Positions 1 to 10,312 of a DNA stretch of 64,000 nucleotides are shown here, in pieces. Made by a program: the position numbers and the translations under genes. Source of the DNA: Epithemia pelagica (taxonomy: Eukaryota; Protista; Bacillariophyta); NCBI GenBank assembly GCA_946965045.2, contig OX337233.1, positions 2,542,001 through 2,606,000 on the forward strand, given 5' to 3'. Each line of letters begins with the position of its first letter. Position 1 is the stretch's first letter. The notes beneath the pieces were generated by a model. The model had not been told where the DNA came from. It was given only the letters and a program-made list of their open reading frames with translations, and did not search any database.

Positions 1-1439
1 GCATGTATTTGGCTGGTGGCCCACTTCCACTCGGATGTCTCGTAATGAGAGTCGAGCTGATGTCTGAAATGCACTCACATCCCGAGAGTGCCATGGCTGC
101 CTCCAATTCTCGTTGAAATAGGCACAACATATGACGGACCGCCTCCTGTCCTCCTGTTGCCAGGGCAAAAAACACGGGTTTCCCGATTCCTACGGCCGAT
201 GCTCCCAAAGCCAAGGCTTTCAAAATGTCGGTACCCCTTCGAACACCACCATCCAAAAAGAAAGGGACACCACGGCCCCGAACGGCATTAACAACTTCTG
301 GTAAGGCATCGATGGCTAACATACAGCCGTCTAGCTGTCGACCACCATGATTCGAGACCATGACGGCATCAGCTCCGGCATCCACTGCTAAAATGGCATC
401 TTCGGCGGTCATAATGCCCTTGATAACAAGCGGAAGGTCCCTACAAGCCGTTTGTTGTTTCATCCACCGAACGTCGTCCCAGCACAGATTTTGCTCAAAG
501 AGCAGTTCTGAATTTTGATCCCATGATTTGTGTTTCCTGGCATTGTACGTTTTGTCCATTTCGTGTGACTCTCCTTCGTCTTTGTACTTATCATAGTTGA
601 CAAGACGATGAGGTGGAGGCAGGGCATCAAACCCATTTCTCGCGTCGGCTTCTCGGTAGCCAAATCTCACAGAGTCCACAGTCAAGAAAATCGCTCGACA
701 ACCAGCGCGTTTGGCCCGTTCGATCAATCGAACTGTTGTATCACGCTGTTTGAGTATGTAGGCTTGGTACCAAAGCATAGTATTGGGCGATGTCGAGACT
801 GATGCAATCTGTTCAATCGATCTCGTAGAGTGTTGACTTATGCAAAATGGGACACCAGCCTCTCCTGCAGCCGCTGACGCGCCAGAACGAACAGTGAGCA
901 AACAGGAAGAATGTGGAGAAGGGTGCTTTGCATGTGGAGGTCCCACTGAGACTACCACAGCGACTGGGTTGTTGCTACTCACATGCCGATGCACATTCCC
1001 CTCGCCCCGATGGATCACAGAGCGCATGAAGGCCTGCCGGGCTGATGAATAGCGGCATGCTCATTTCCATTACGGTGGTGGACCGACCTCGTCCAAAGGC
1101 GATTCTGGTAGCCGTGGAAAGTTTTCCAACCGGTCGCATCATACGTGGACGAAGATACCATCCCTCCCAGGCCGAACGATTCTCGGCCAACGTTTGTTCC
1201 TCATCGGTACCGGATGCCACATACTCGTAGACAGCCGTGGACAAGGTCAGTTTGGCACATTTCTGATAATCGTTCACCGAACATATTGAGTTGGAGGTTG
1301 ATGGAGTGATACTCTTGGTTGCGGTTGAACTATCCAAAAGATTTGCTTTCGGGACAACCGCCGACATTAGTTCAACTCTACTAACAAGACCTTCGATGGA
1401 TGTGTCCGTCTTTTCGCTGGTCTCGCTCTTTCTCGACAT
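1..1439 (-). CDS. FMN-dependent alpha-hydroxy acid oxidase/dehydrogenase (glycolate oxidase-like); 2 exons (1439-983, 873-<1); runs off the window start
   Basis: Exon 1 encodes YEYVASGTDEEQTLAENR and MPLFISPAGLHAL. Exon 2, read manually on the minus strand, encodes LWYQAYILKQR, LPLVIKGIMTAEDA, VSNHGGRQLDG and FLDGGVRRGTDILKALALGA. Intron 874-982 has a GTGAGT donor and CAG acceptor and keeps the frame. Confidence 0.92.
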
Positions 1440-2112
1440 ACGTTCGTCCTTCTCTTAGTTCAACTACTCGTATCTCGTATGTGCATTATGCCTTTTGATA
1501 GGCCTCATAACTCATAACTACCTACTCCTTCTACCGTGCATCATGCAACGGTCGCAGGACAGGCCTTCCTGCGAACACACGCATACGCGGCGAACGCGAA
1601 AAATGCGCTCCACACTCCACACACTTTTCTCTCCCTTCATTTTTTTCGTTGTCCATCGTTTTTGGTTATCGACCGACCCTTACGTATTCCTTTTTAACTG
1701 AACGTGTTGCTGCTGAAAGCAACGCAGCAAACGACGAACACAAGGCATACAACGATCCATTCCATCTCTCCGAAGTCAGACTTGTTTTCTTGGAGAAACT
1801 GGCCTTCGCTTCTCACACACAAGCACAGAAGGAGAAGCCCCGAGCCTTGATTCTCGTTCGTCACGCCAAGCTTCAGACGTGACTTTGCCTCCATACCCAT
1901 CCGTTTTTTTCTCCATCTTGCAATATTTCCTTCTATGATATAAGGACGCGCCGACACCTCATCTTTTCCAATTTCCTCACAACTGCTTCCCTTGACGGAG
2001 ACTACCCATTCCTTTCCACTTTTTTCAATTCTCCGACCAGCTTCAAGAGGAATCTTTTCGAATTCCATTGTAACGAAAGATTGTGTTGAGTTGTCACCGA
2101 TTGCGAGGAATC

Positions 2113-2958
2113 ATGTCAAGAGGCTGGGGTGACGAATCTTCTTCGGACGAGGAGGAGGAAAACGAAGTCTCCGAGGTTCCTCCCCAACCAGAAAGTGTGA
2201 GCAATGGCCAATCTCAAGTGAAGGAAGACGATGGCTGGGAAACTGTTCCAGAGACAAAGGCTGCCTCCGTGGCTGCGATACAGCCCGACATGAATGGTTC
2301 GCAATCCGTGCCACCAGAAACGCAACAGAAGCAAGAAGAAACACCAGATAATGGAGAAGATGCCGATAATGAAGCTGAGGATGAGGATGAGGATGACGAC
2401 GATCAGGCAGAAGAAGAAGACGAAGATGAAAAAGAGCGACAAACGAGATTGGAAGCAGCAAAATTGGCGGCTGCCAAAAAGAAAGAGCAGGCCGCCCAAA
2501 AGAAATCAAGCTTGAAGGATCAATTGAATGACCTCGACGACATTCTCAACGAGTTCGGCATCAATACAGCTGCTTCGACGGAGGAGTCACAGCAACAATC
2601 GCCGACCAAACAGAATGGCGAAGGCAGTCAGGAGGGTGAAGCGAATGGTGGATTGTCCAACAACAGTAAACGACGGAAAAACAAGAAAAAGAAAAAAGGT
2701 GGAGCTGACGCAGCAGATACCAATGTGGAGGAGACAGACGCTACTACTCCCCTGGAGACAGTGGCAGAGCCAAGTAAAGCGCCGGATGTTGCCGCGGTGC
2801 TCAAAGCCAAGTCGACGAGTAGGCGCAAGCCAAGTACGAAAGGGCCATCCTCTTCTTCGTCTGCAGCTGCTGCCGCGGCGAAAGAGTTGTCCAAGTCAGC
2901 AACTGGTACAACCAACAAAAAGAAAAAGAAGAAAGATTCCCCTCAGTTTGGGCGCTAG
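2113..2958 (+). CDS. Hypothetical low-complexity acidic/Lys-rich protein
   Basis: Open frame starting MSRGWGDESSSDEEE, with D/E tracts, a short coiled coil and poly-K (NLS-like) runs; no recognised domain. Confidence 0.65.
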   Translation: MSRGWGDESSSDEEEENEVSEVPPQPESVSNGQSQVKEDDGWETVPETKAASVAAIQPDMNGSQSVPPETQQKQEETPDNGEDADNEAEDEDEDDDDQAEEEDEDEKERQTRLEAAKLAAAKKKEQAAQKKSSLKDQLNDLDDILNEFGINTAASTEESQQQSPTKQNGEGSQEGEANGGLSNNSKRRKNKKKKKGGADAADTNVEETDATTPLETVAEPSKAPDVAAVLKAKSTSRRKPSTKGPSSSSSAAAAAAKELSKSATGTTNKKKKKKDSPQFGR

Positions 2959-3515
2959 AGAGTCATCTATGAAAAGTCAAAATCTGTTCCAATGAAATGT
3001 CAAATCTGTTCCAAAGATTAAGGAACAACAAAGAAAAATCACAATGGAAGAAAGGAGAGTGAATCTTCTTTTTCATTTTCTCCCTAGATCCAAGGCACGG
3101 TATGGCCACAATGCCTCCCATGAGGAGACTTCTAAACTATTTCAGCTCAATCTGGTTTCCCTTACTGCTTTTATTTATCTTGTCTCTAGTGTGTCGTGTA
3201 TCCCTAGTACCGTCATTCATCATCCGCTACCTCGAGACCAGAGAGCTTTCACGGCAAAAGCGTGTCTCTGATCATGTGGATCTCTCTTAATGAAAAGAGA
3301 TGGCCCAGGTATGCTTCCCAATGACTACGTTTCCGCTTCTATCGTTTCCATACGGTCTTCGTTCATCTTCATATCTAATTGAAATCACAGACAAAATTTC
3401 AAAAGTTGACAACAAAGCCGTCTTGACCTTCTGAAGAGCCATTCATGACATGAGCTTCTGCTGACTTCGTAAGCGTTATACTGTCCATCCAAGTACGAGC
3501 CAAATGGTCTTGTTC

Positions 3516-4610
3516 TTACACATACGTGAGAAGAACAATATCGTAGACGACACTGATTGACAAAAATATGAGAAACCGTTGAAACCAGGGCATATTGCCC
3601 TTCCCAATGGCTGTACCCACCCATGGACAGGTATGATCGAATTGCTCGACAACGGCTTGCACTTCGGGATCAAATCGTGCTCCGGGTGGACGATAAGTCA
3701 ATGCTTGATCATTCCATCGCCATTGAGGTGCATCGCGTTGCCGTAGACTGCTTGGTATTCTTGGGTGACGGTACAAAATACCAGGATCACTACAGGCCGC
3801 CTTGAAAAGGGACAAAAACATGGCGAACGAACTAAAGGCCCAGGTAACAATGACTGCCACATGCAACTCGTCGTCGTCGTCCACATCCCACATGGTTCGA
3901 TAAAAGGTCCAAAATGTCAAACCCAATAGAACTGGAATAGTCAAAGTCGCGGTAATGATAAAGTAGGGACCGACCACGCAGACCAATTTGGGTCTCATAC
4001 GTCGTCGTCGCCGCCGCCGACCTGTCCCTGATACTGTCGCCGTTGCAATGGACCGTTGCGTCTCCGAGTCGACACCCGTTCTCACCATGGATTCTTCATC
4101 ATCGTCGGTTCCTTCAATATCGTCATTCTCATCAATGTAGTCTGGTTCATATTCCACCATGCGCTGTCGAAAAACGACCAAATTCCCCACACGACCTACA
4201 GGTAAACATTGGCAACAACATGCAGTCAAATACACGTAGGAATGTCGTGAATGTTCTACGGCCATGCAGGACGAGCAAATTTGGAAACAACTTGATTTTT
4301 CATCGGCCCATGTAGGCTTGGTATACCCAACTGCAAACGGTGATGCTTTCCATTGTCGAATACTTTCTTCATTGTACTCATCGTCCGCAACCGACACAGA
4401 GGCCGCAATGGCATTAGAGCTGGCAATCACCTGTCCAAAGGTGAGCGCTGGCGTGTTGGCAGGACTTGTGCGGTTGTTCCGATCCTCGCGGCTCGGTGGT
4501 TGGAGTGGTGTCATTGGAATTGGAATCGTCGCCGAGGATGGAACCGATGAAGACCCTCGTTTGATGCTTGAATCGGCATTCTCGTCATCCAAGCTATCTC
4601 GTCCCTCCAT
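3516..4610 (-). CDS. DHHC-family palmitoyltransferase-like protein (DHTC variant)
   Basis: Two TM helices, then ACSDPGIL...YRPPGARFDPEVQAVVEQFDHTCPWVGTAIGKGN, then one TM. First ATG at 4610. Confidence 0.8.
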   Translation of the reverse strand: MEGRDSLDDENADSSIKRGSSSVPSSATIPIPMTPLQPPSREDRNNRTSPANTPALTFGQVIASSNAIAASVSVADDEYNEESIRQWKASPFAVGYTKPTWADEKSSCFQICSSCMAVEHSRHSYVYLTACCCQCLPVGRVGNLVVFRQRMVEYEPDYIDENDDIEGTDDDEESMVRTGVDSETQRSIATATVSGTGRRRRRRRMRPKLVCVVGPYFIITATLTIPVLLGLTFWTFYRTMWDVDDDDELHVAVIVTWAFSSFAMFLSLFKAACSDPGILYRHPRIPSSLRQRDAPQWRWNDQALTYRPPGARFDPEVQAVVEQFDHTCPWVGTAIGKGNMPWFQRFLIFLSISVVYDIVLLTYV

Positions 4611-5010
4611 TGCAATGCTCCTCCTTTTTGCGTTGATAGAGCGCAGAATCAATAGATTCACACAATCTCAGTCTGGCTCGATCAGATCTTCTACGTGTGG
4701 CTGGATCTCAATCAGTTCCTCTCAATTGATAGCTTCATAAGCTCGTTCTCACTGAACACTGGACGGGAGACGCTTCTTGGACGTTCTCGGTTCTTGTCAA
4801 CGTTGAAAAGTTGCCGTCGCCTCAACTTCCCATTTTGCCTCCCGCCGACGAATCGCGACCATCGGTCGCCCTTGTGAAGGGCGAAAATGTGTCTGACTTT
4901 CTTTCGGGACATTTTCAAGACAAATTCTACGGTACTCAAGTTCTTTTTGCTCAATGTGCCACCCTTTTTTGTTATTGCGCGAAGAAAAATCTCAATCGAA
5001 TCGAAACAAC

Positions 5011-5955
5011 ATGGAATCAAGAGCTACGGCCGACGATGCTTCCACCAACACCATGACCCTCAAAAGTAGAATATCAGAGGCATGGACCACGATCATTTCC
5101 GCTCCCAATCATCCCATTACTGTCCACATGGCCGTGGTGCTGGTATTTGTAACGCATGGATTGATGAACGCTCTCTTGCTGTCGGGTTGGAACAACAGCG
5201 GTGGATTGAACCGATGCTTGTATTGGAATGGTGATAAGACCGAATGCTCTGTGGATCAGTCATGGGTCTTGAATTTCATGTCCTTGGGCCAATTTCATGT
5301 TTGTCTCTTGATCGCTGCCTTGGCAACCATGTCTGTTGGACACATCCTCTGTGAACATCGCCTGGGTTATCTGGTGGGGACCATAGCTGTTTCCTACCTA
5401 TCCAATGGAATATTCATGTTAGATCGTTTGAATCAACCCTTGGCCCTTTTGCAGGCATTCATTTTTGTGGGTATGCTTATAGCCCTTGCTGTGCATACGG
5501 CCATTGCTGTCTCTGATTCAACGCCGCAGTCTCCAGAGCTCGACGACATAGTAGACGAGAAAAAGACACCAAAACTCGTTTCTGTATCTACGCTTGTCAT
5601 GGGACTTCTCTGCGTACTGTCATCTTTCCAGGTCTTGGAGATGACAGTCTACAACGTTGATGGAAGTGGCAATTTGTTTCGTGGAGACATTGTCGATGCC
5701 AGTCTCTTTCAAAACATGACACATGCTGCGGCAGCGCACCGAATGTGGGTTACCTTGATATTGGGGTGGACGACCATTTTGGCAACGCCTCTTCAACAAA
5801 AGGCCGTATTTGTAGCACATGCCACGGCCTTGTGTGTGGGCCACATGGTGTTGACCATGACCTCACAAGGACAACTCACGCAACCCGATCAGTTGCGGGC
5901 AGCCTGTGTTGGAAACTTTTTTACCATGCTGGTTGCAATCATGGGTTTGTATTGA
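5011..5955 (+). CDS. Hypothetical multi-pass membrane protein
   Basis: Long ORF with about 7-8 hydrophobic segments; ATG at 5011; no family recognised. Confidence 0.65.
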   Translation: MESRATADDASTNTMTLKSRISEAWTTIISAPNHPITVHMAVVLVFVTHGLMNALLLSGWNNSGGLNRCLYWNGDKTECSVDQSWVLNFMSLGQFHVCLLIAALATMSVGHILCEHRLGYLVGTIAVSYLSNGIFMLDRLNQPLALLQAFIFVGMLIALAVHTAIAVSDSTPQSPELDDIVDEKKTPKLVSVSTLVMGLLCVLSSFQVLEMTVYNVDGSGNLFRGDIVDASLFQNMTHAAAAHRMWVTLILGWTTILATPLQQKAVFVAHATALCVGHMVLTMTSQGQLTQPDQLRAACVGNFFTMLVAIMGLY

Positions 5956-6179
5956 ATTTCGTGTTGGGGCTCCTGTTGGAAGCGTTGAGCGTAGTGCATA
6001 CAAGTACATGTGGTGTCAGAGGTTACGAGCATACAATGAAAGGAATTCATCAGCATTTTCAACGGAGTGCCCCTACAGATGAGCAAAATCTCAATGCGTT
6101 CACTACAAAATGATTGGTAGCAGTTAATGAAGGAAATGGACTTGGCAAAGGTATTCATGCTATAAGATAATTGTGTACA

Positions 6180-7007
6180 TTATCGTAGGGGAACGATTTC
6201 GCCTTCTCCAATATCAATAAAAACAGCAGACTCTGGAACATTGAATTTATCGACAATCATTTCGGCAACATCGTACACATGGTCCCCCTGAATAATGATT
6301 TCTTCATGTTTTCCATCGGCTGTTTTCTTTACCGATGAACTTCCCGCAAATCGTTTGGAAAAAGCCTTGCTGGCTTCCTTCAGTTTCAAACCAGGTATGC
6401 TTTCCATACCCGCAATGACGGTCAAATTCCGCTTCTTCTTCTGCGCCACCTTTTGTACAATGACACGAATTTGCGCTTCGCCATCGGTGGCGTGTTTGGC
6501 GGCAACTCCTCGACGTTTCCGTCTCTCCGAGGCTGAGGGACCAGCGTTCACCGCATTGTCATTCGTGTCACCCTCTTCCTCTTCATCCTCCTCGTCTTCC
6601 TCATCTTCGTCTGCATAATAAGGATCATCCGGTTCTTCTCCGTATTTCTTGACCAATGCAACAAAGAGTTTGTCTTCTTTGCCCGCATACTTCTCCAACA
6701 AAGCTGGAATACCATCAATTTTCTCAGGAACATACTTTTCATAAAAGGCCGTCAACCGTTCTTCCGTGGTCCACGGACGTTCTGGTCGTGGTGGTTTCGC
6801 AGATGCGGTGGAGGCAGGAGCTGCTTGAATGGCTGATCCTCTCAAGGATTTGTAGAGTTCCGGGTAATACTTTTGCAACCATGGATTGCAGTGGCTTTCA
6901 AAATCCGGACTGTATTCGCAATATTCCAGCGGCATTCCGCAGGGACCGCAATAAAGGACCTCCCTTCGTGGAAGAATTGCATCGGTGTTGACAGCTTCCT
7001 CGGTCAT
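6180..7007 (-). CDS. DENR: Density-regulated protein / translation machinery-associated 22 (SUI1 domain)
   Basis: N-terminal VLYCGPCGMPLEYCEY Zn motif; C-terminal SUI1 domain (KRNLTVIAG...FSKRFAGSSSV...EEIIIQGD). Confidence 0.9.
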   Translation of the reverse strand: MTEEAVNTDAILPRREVLYCGPCGMPLEYCEYSPDFESHCNPWLQKYYPELYKSLRGSAIQAAPASTASAKPPRPERPWTTEERLTAFYEKYVPEKIDGIPALLEKYAGKEDKLFVALVKKYGEEPDDPYYADEDEEDEEDEEEEGDTNDNAVNAGPSASERRKRRGVAAKHATDGEAQIRVIVQKVAQKKKRNLTVIAGMESIPGLKLKEASKAFSKRFAGSSSVKKTADGKHEEIIIQGDHVYDVAEMIVDKFNVPESAVFIDIGEGEIVPLR

Positions 7008-7282
7008 GGTCCACTATCACACTCCCACAAGAACACAATGGGGAATGGGGAAGCTATTCTATCTCTGGTGACAAAAAAAAACATGCGGACAGATTGGTTT
7101 TTGCGTTTGGTTTTGTCCGTGGCAGCTGCTATGATGGCTACCCGCCGGAGCCATTAGCGAAGAGAGTTTGATACCCTGAGTACTCCTAGAGGTAGTACCT
7201 TAGAATGTGTAGCTTGGGATTACTCCTCAGGTACACAATTGATGGTGTAACGAACATATGAGTAACTAGAGGGATCGCATCT

Positions 7283-8728
7283 TTATCTAGTCGATGAGAC
7301 CGCCTCCAAGGGCCTGTCACTGAACAATTGTGTTCCATCTTCCTCTAAATCCTTGGTCTCGTTCGACAAACCATTCTGTTCCTCAGTCCTGTTGAAGAGA
7401 AACCGTCTCATTTTGTAAACACCCAAGGCGGGTCCCGGTGCAAGAAGGAGAAACAAAAAGCCTTCCGATAATGGTACTCCCAGGAGCTGAATGCTGCCAA
7501 TCGTGATGGCAAATCCAATCGCATTAACAATTGTGAGGGCGGTGCCTTTACTTTGTGCCGGTGATGCTTGTGCCACAAGACTGCTAAACTGAGGAGAATC
7601 CGCCGCCACGGTTGTTCCCCATATCAAGTAAAAGATCAATGTGACGGCTGGAACCGACACATAGAAGAAGAACAGTGGTGACAAAAGACAACAACATCCC
7701 GATATCAGTAACGATACCAACGCGACGCGTCCTGATCCAATCGAGGCAGAGAGACGACCACCCACGGCGCAACCAAAGGCTCCAACGGCAATGACCGCAA
7801 ATGTCATCACGGATTCATCCCATGACGAATTCTGTCGACTCAAATAGGCTTCCCAAACTTGGGGGCACCACGTCCAAAAGGCATACAATTCCCACATGTG
7901 TCCAAAATATCCAAAGGCTGCAGCTGCGAAATCCCGCGACTGGAACAACCTCCAAAAGACTCGCGCATCAAACATGGTCTTGGTTGCCTTGCGGTGAGGT
8001 CCATCCGCTACGGCGAAAAACAACAACAGTCCACCGGACGCTGCCAAGAGAGACGTTTCGTATAGCAGCCATTCCCAGGGTTGGGGAATTTGACGTAACA
8101 GAAATGGAAACGCTGTTCCAAGAACCAGTGCACCTACAAGCAGACCCAAGGCCTGACCCAATCCTTTCTCATACCAGTCGGCCGCAACTTTCATCCCCAC
8201 AGGATAAATGCCAGCCAGAGAAACACCGGTAAGAAAGCGTAAGATTGTCATGCCCGCAAGATCACGGGCAATTAGTGGAACAAGTCCATTCAGGAGAGCT
8301 CCTGTCAGTGCGCTCAACAAGAAAATCCATGTCGGCAAGAATCGATCTGTAATATTGGATGCCGCAGACACCAAGGTGCCAATGATGAATCCAGCTTGAA
8401 CGGCCGACGTCAATATTTGCAGCGACGAGTCTGGCAAACCATACTCGTCCTAAAAATCTGAAAGGACGGCATTTCCGGCAAACCATAAGGACGTCCCAGC
8501 AAACTGAGAATAAACAATACATGGGAGTATTCGAGTCGGGATTTCTGTATTGTCGGAAGGAGATGGGGCTTCGCCATGGATTCGCTCGCTGTCCGAATGG
8601 TAGACCTGGTCCTCACGATCGGCATCGCCATCTGGACTCCTTTCTTCTGATCTGATTTGAGTTTCGCTGCATGGGTCAGTGACTCCCATACATTCAACCT
8701 CATCTGTTTTCGTCACTCGATGATTCAT
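7283..8728 (-). pseudogene. Bacterial-type MFS transporter interrupted by a single in-frame TAG at 8450-8452 (nonsense allele, sequencing error or readthrough)
   Basis: ORFs 8450-8749 and 7283-8437 are in the same frame: ...LWFAGNAVLSDF*DEYGLPDSSLQILTSAVQAGF.... MFS motifs LRFLTGVSLAGIYPVGMK and GYFGHMWELYAFW are present. Confidence 0.8.
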
Positions 8729-10312
8729 AGTTTCCGTCACAATCAACAATGGAAGGCAATTTGTTTGCGATGAAAGCGACCCTGTATGTTAGACAACGCG
8801 ATGTGGTTGCTTTGAATATACCCATTACACGAACCGAGTCAATGCCCAAGCAGCGTCCTCGCTCTTACGGCTTCGGCGTCGATCGATGGGCCGTCCTCGA
8901 CCCACTGATGCCCATCGTGCCCGGGCAGAAAAGTGGAGAAGGAACAGAATCGTAGCGTTACATGTTGTAGTGTTACGGAGAAAAGTTGAAGGGATTTACT
9001 CCTAATAACGCTTAGGAGTAGATGCGATGTGGTCGACATACAGTCGGAGAACAGTACCCTTCGGGATGGAACGGCAAAACGCAACCAGAGTGTTGAGTGT
9101 TGAAGTTCTACTTGACTGTTTTACACTTTTAAGCTTTAATTAACAACTTTTAACTTTTTTCATGAAAGTCAAGTCAATTTCCAGCCGAGATCCCATGACT
9201 TTTCTCTTTTCTCAGTGAAATCAAGTTGGACAGCACCACATTTTCAACTTTGACCTAACGTTTTTCATAAAGTCAAGTTCTGAACTATGACCTTCCAGCG
9301 TCAGCGTGAGCTGCGACTTCTACCATTACTCGTATCTCGAATCGTGGAAGTCAATAATATCTTAGTTTCTGACTTCTGACTTTAAGTCGACTTTTCTTTC
9401 TGAAAAAGTAAAAAGTCAATTTGCAAAACTTTTGTGGCAATTGAATTGGAACTCCATTGTTCCTTTTTCAAGAATTTGTTGATTTTGTGTGTTCCGTGTT
9501 CCAAGATCTCTAGTAGAGGTCGGTCCCGCAACAGCTCATCTCTGCTAGAGTGCGCTGGAGAGGTCTCTGCTGGAACTAGGTATGCGCATCCGCTGGAGAT
9601 AAGACTACCTGTGCTACCATGATAAAAATGCCTAGCTAGGGGAGTACTCCTAGTAACGAGAGCACTTATCTTGGTGAGAGCTTTCCTTTCCAGTGGTGGA
9701 ATAGTTGCTTGGTCTCCAGCAGAATCTTTTTGTTTTGTTGCCATGTCAATATTATCTCCTTTCAAGAATACACTGATAGGTGTCCTCTTACAGAACCTTC
9801 ATTTTGGGGGTGTGCTTCGGACTGCTATCCATATTGCACTCTTCCACAGTTGAAGAGTCATCATTGTTATTGCAATCAGACATTTTGGAAGGCTGTGTGG
9901 AGCAAATGAATGACACAGAGTGACCAGTATGAAACAAACAAATGAGAAAGGATAAAAGTGACCAGTGCAGAGAAAAGAGTACGGTGACTAACGTATACAC
10001 GCAACAGAAAATCTTTGCTGGGGATTCTCTAGCGCTGGATCTCCAGCGCTGAAGATGCGTGACTGCCTACTGCCTACCGCAGAACCAAGAACTGACTTCA
10101 AAGTTAAAAGCTGAGTTGACTTCATTTATGGGCTGCCAACCCGTAATTTGCAAATTCCTGACCCCCCATAGCCCTGGACCCCCCATTTAACTTCAGCGTA
10201 CATCGCTCCCTTAATTTTTATCTGTAGGCTCTTGACCAACTATAGGGTTACCCCCACATTCCTCACTCCTCACGTTCAAGCCTTTCTATCGCAATGGCTC
10301 ACATCTCACATA

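Noticed and set aside
8450-8452. Reassigned genetic code (TAG read as sense)
   Set aside because: Other genes in the window terminate normally at TAG (e.g. 2956-2958, 11873-11875), and no other in-frame TAG interrupts a conserved gene.
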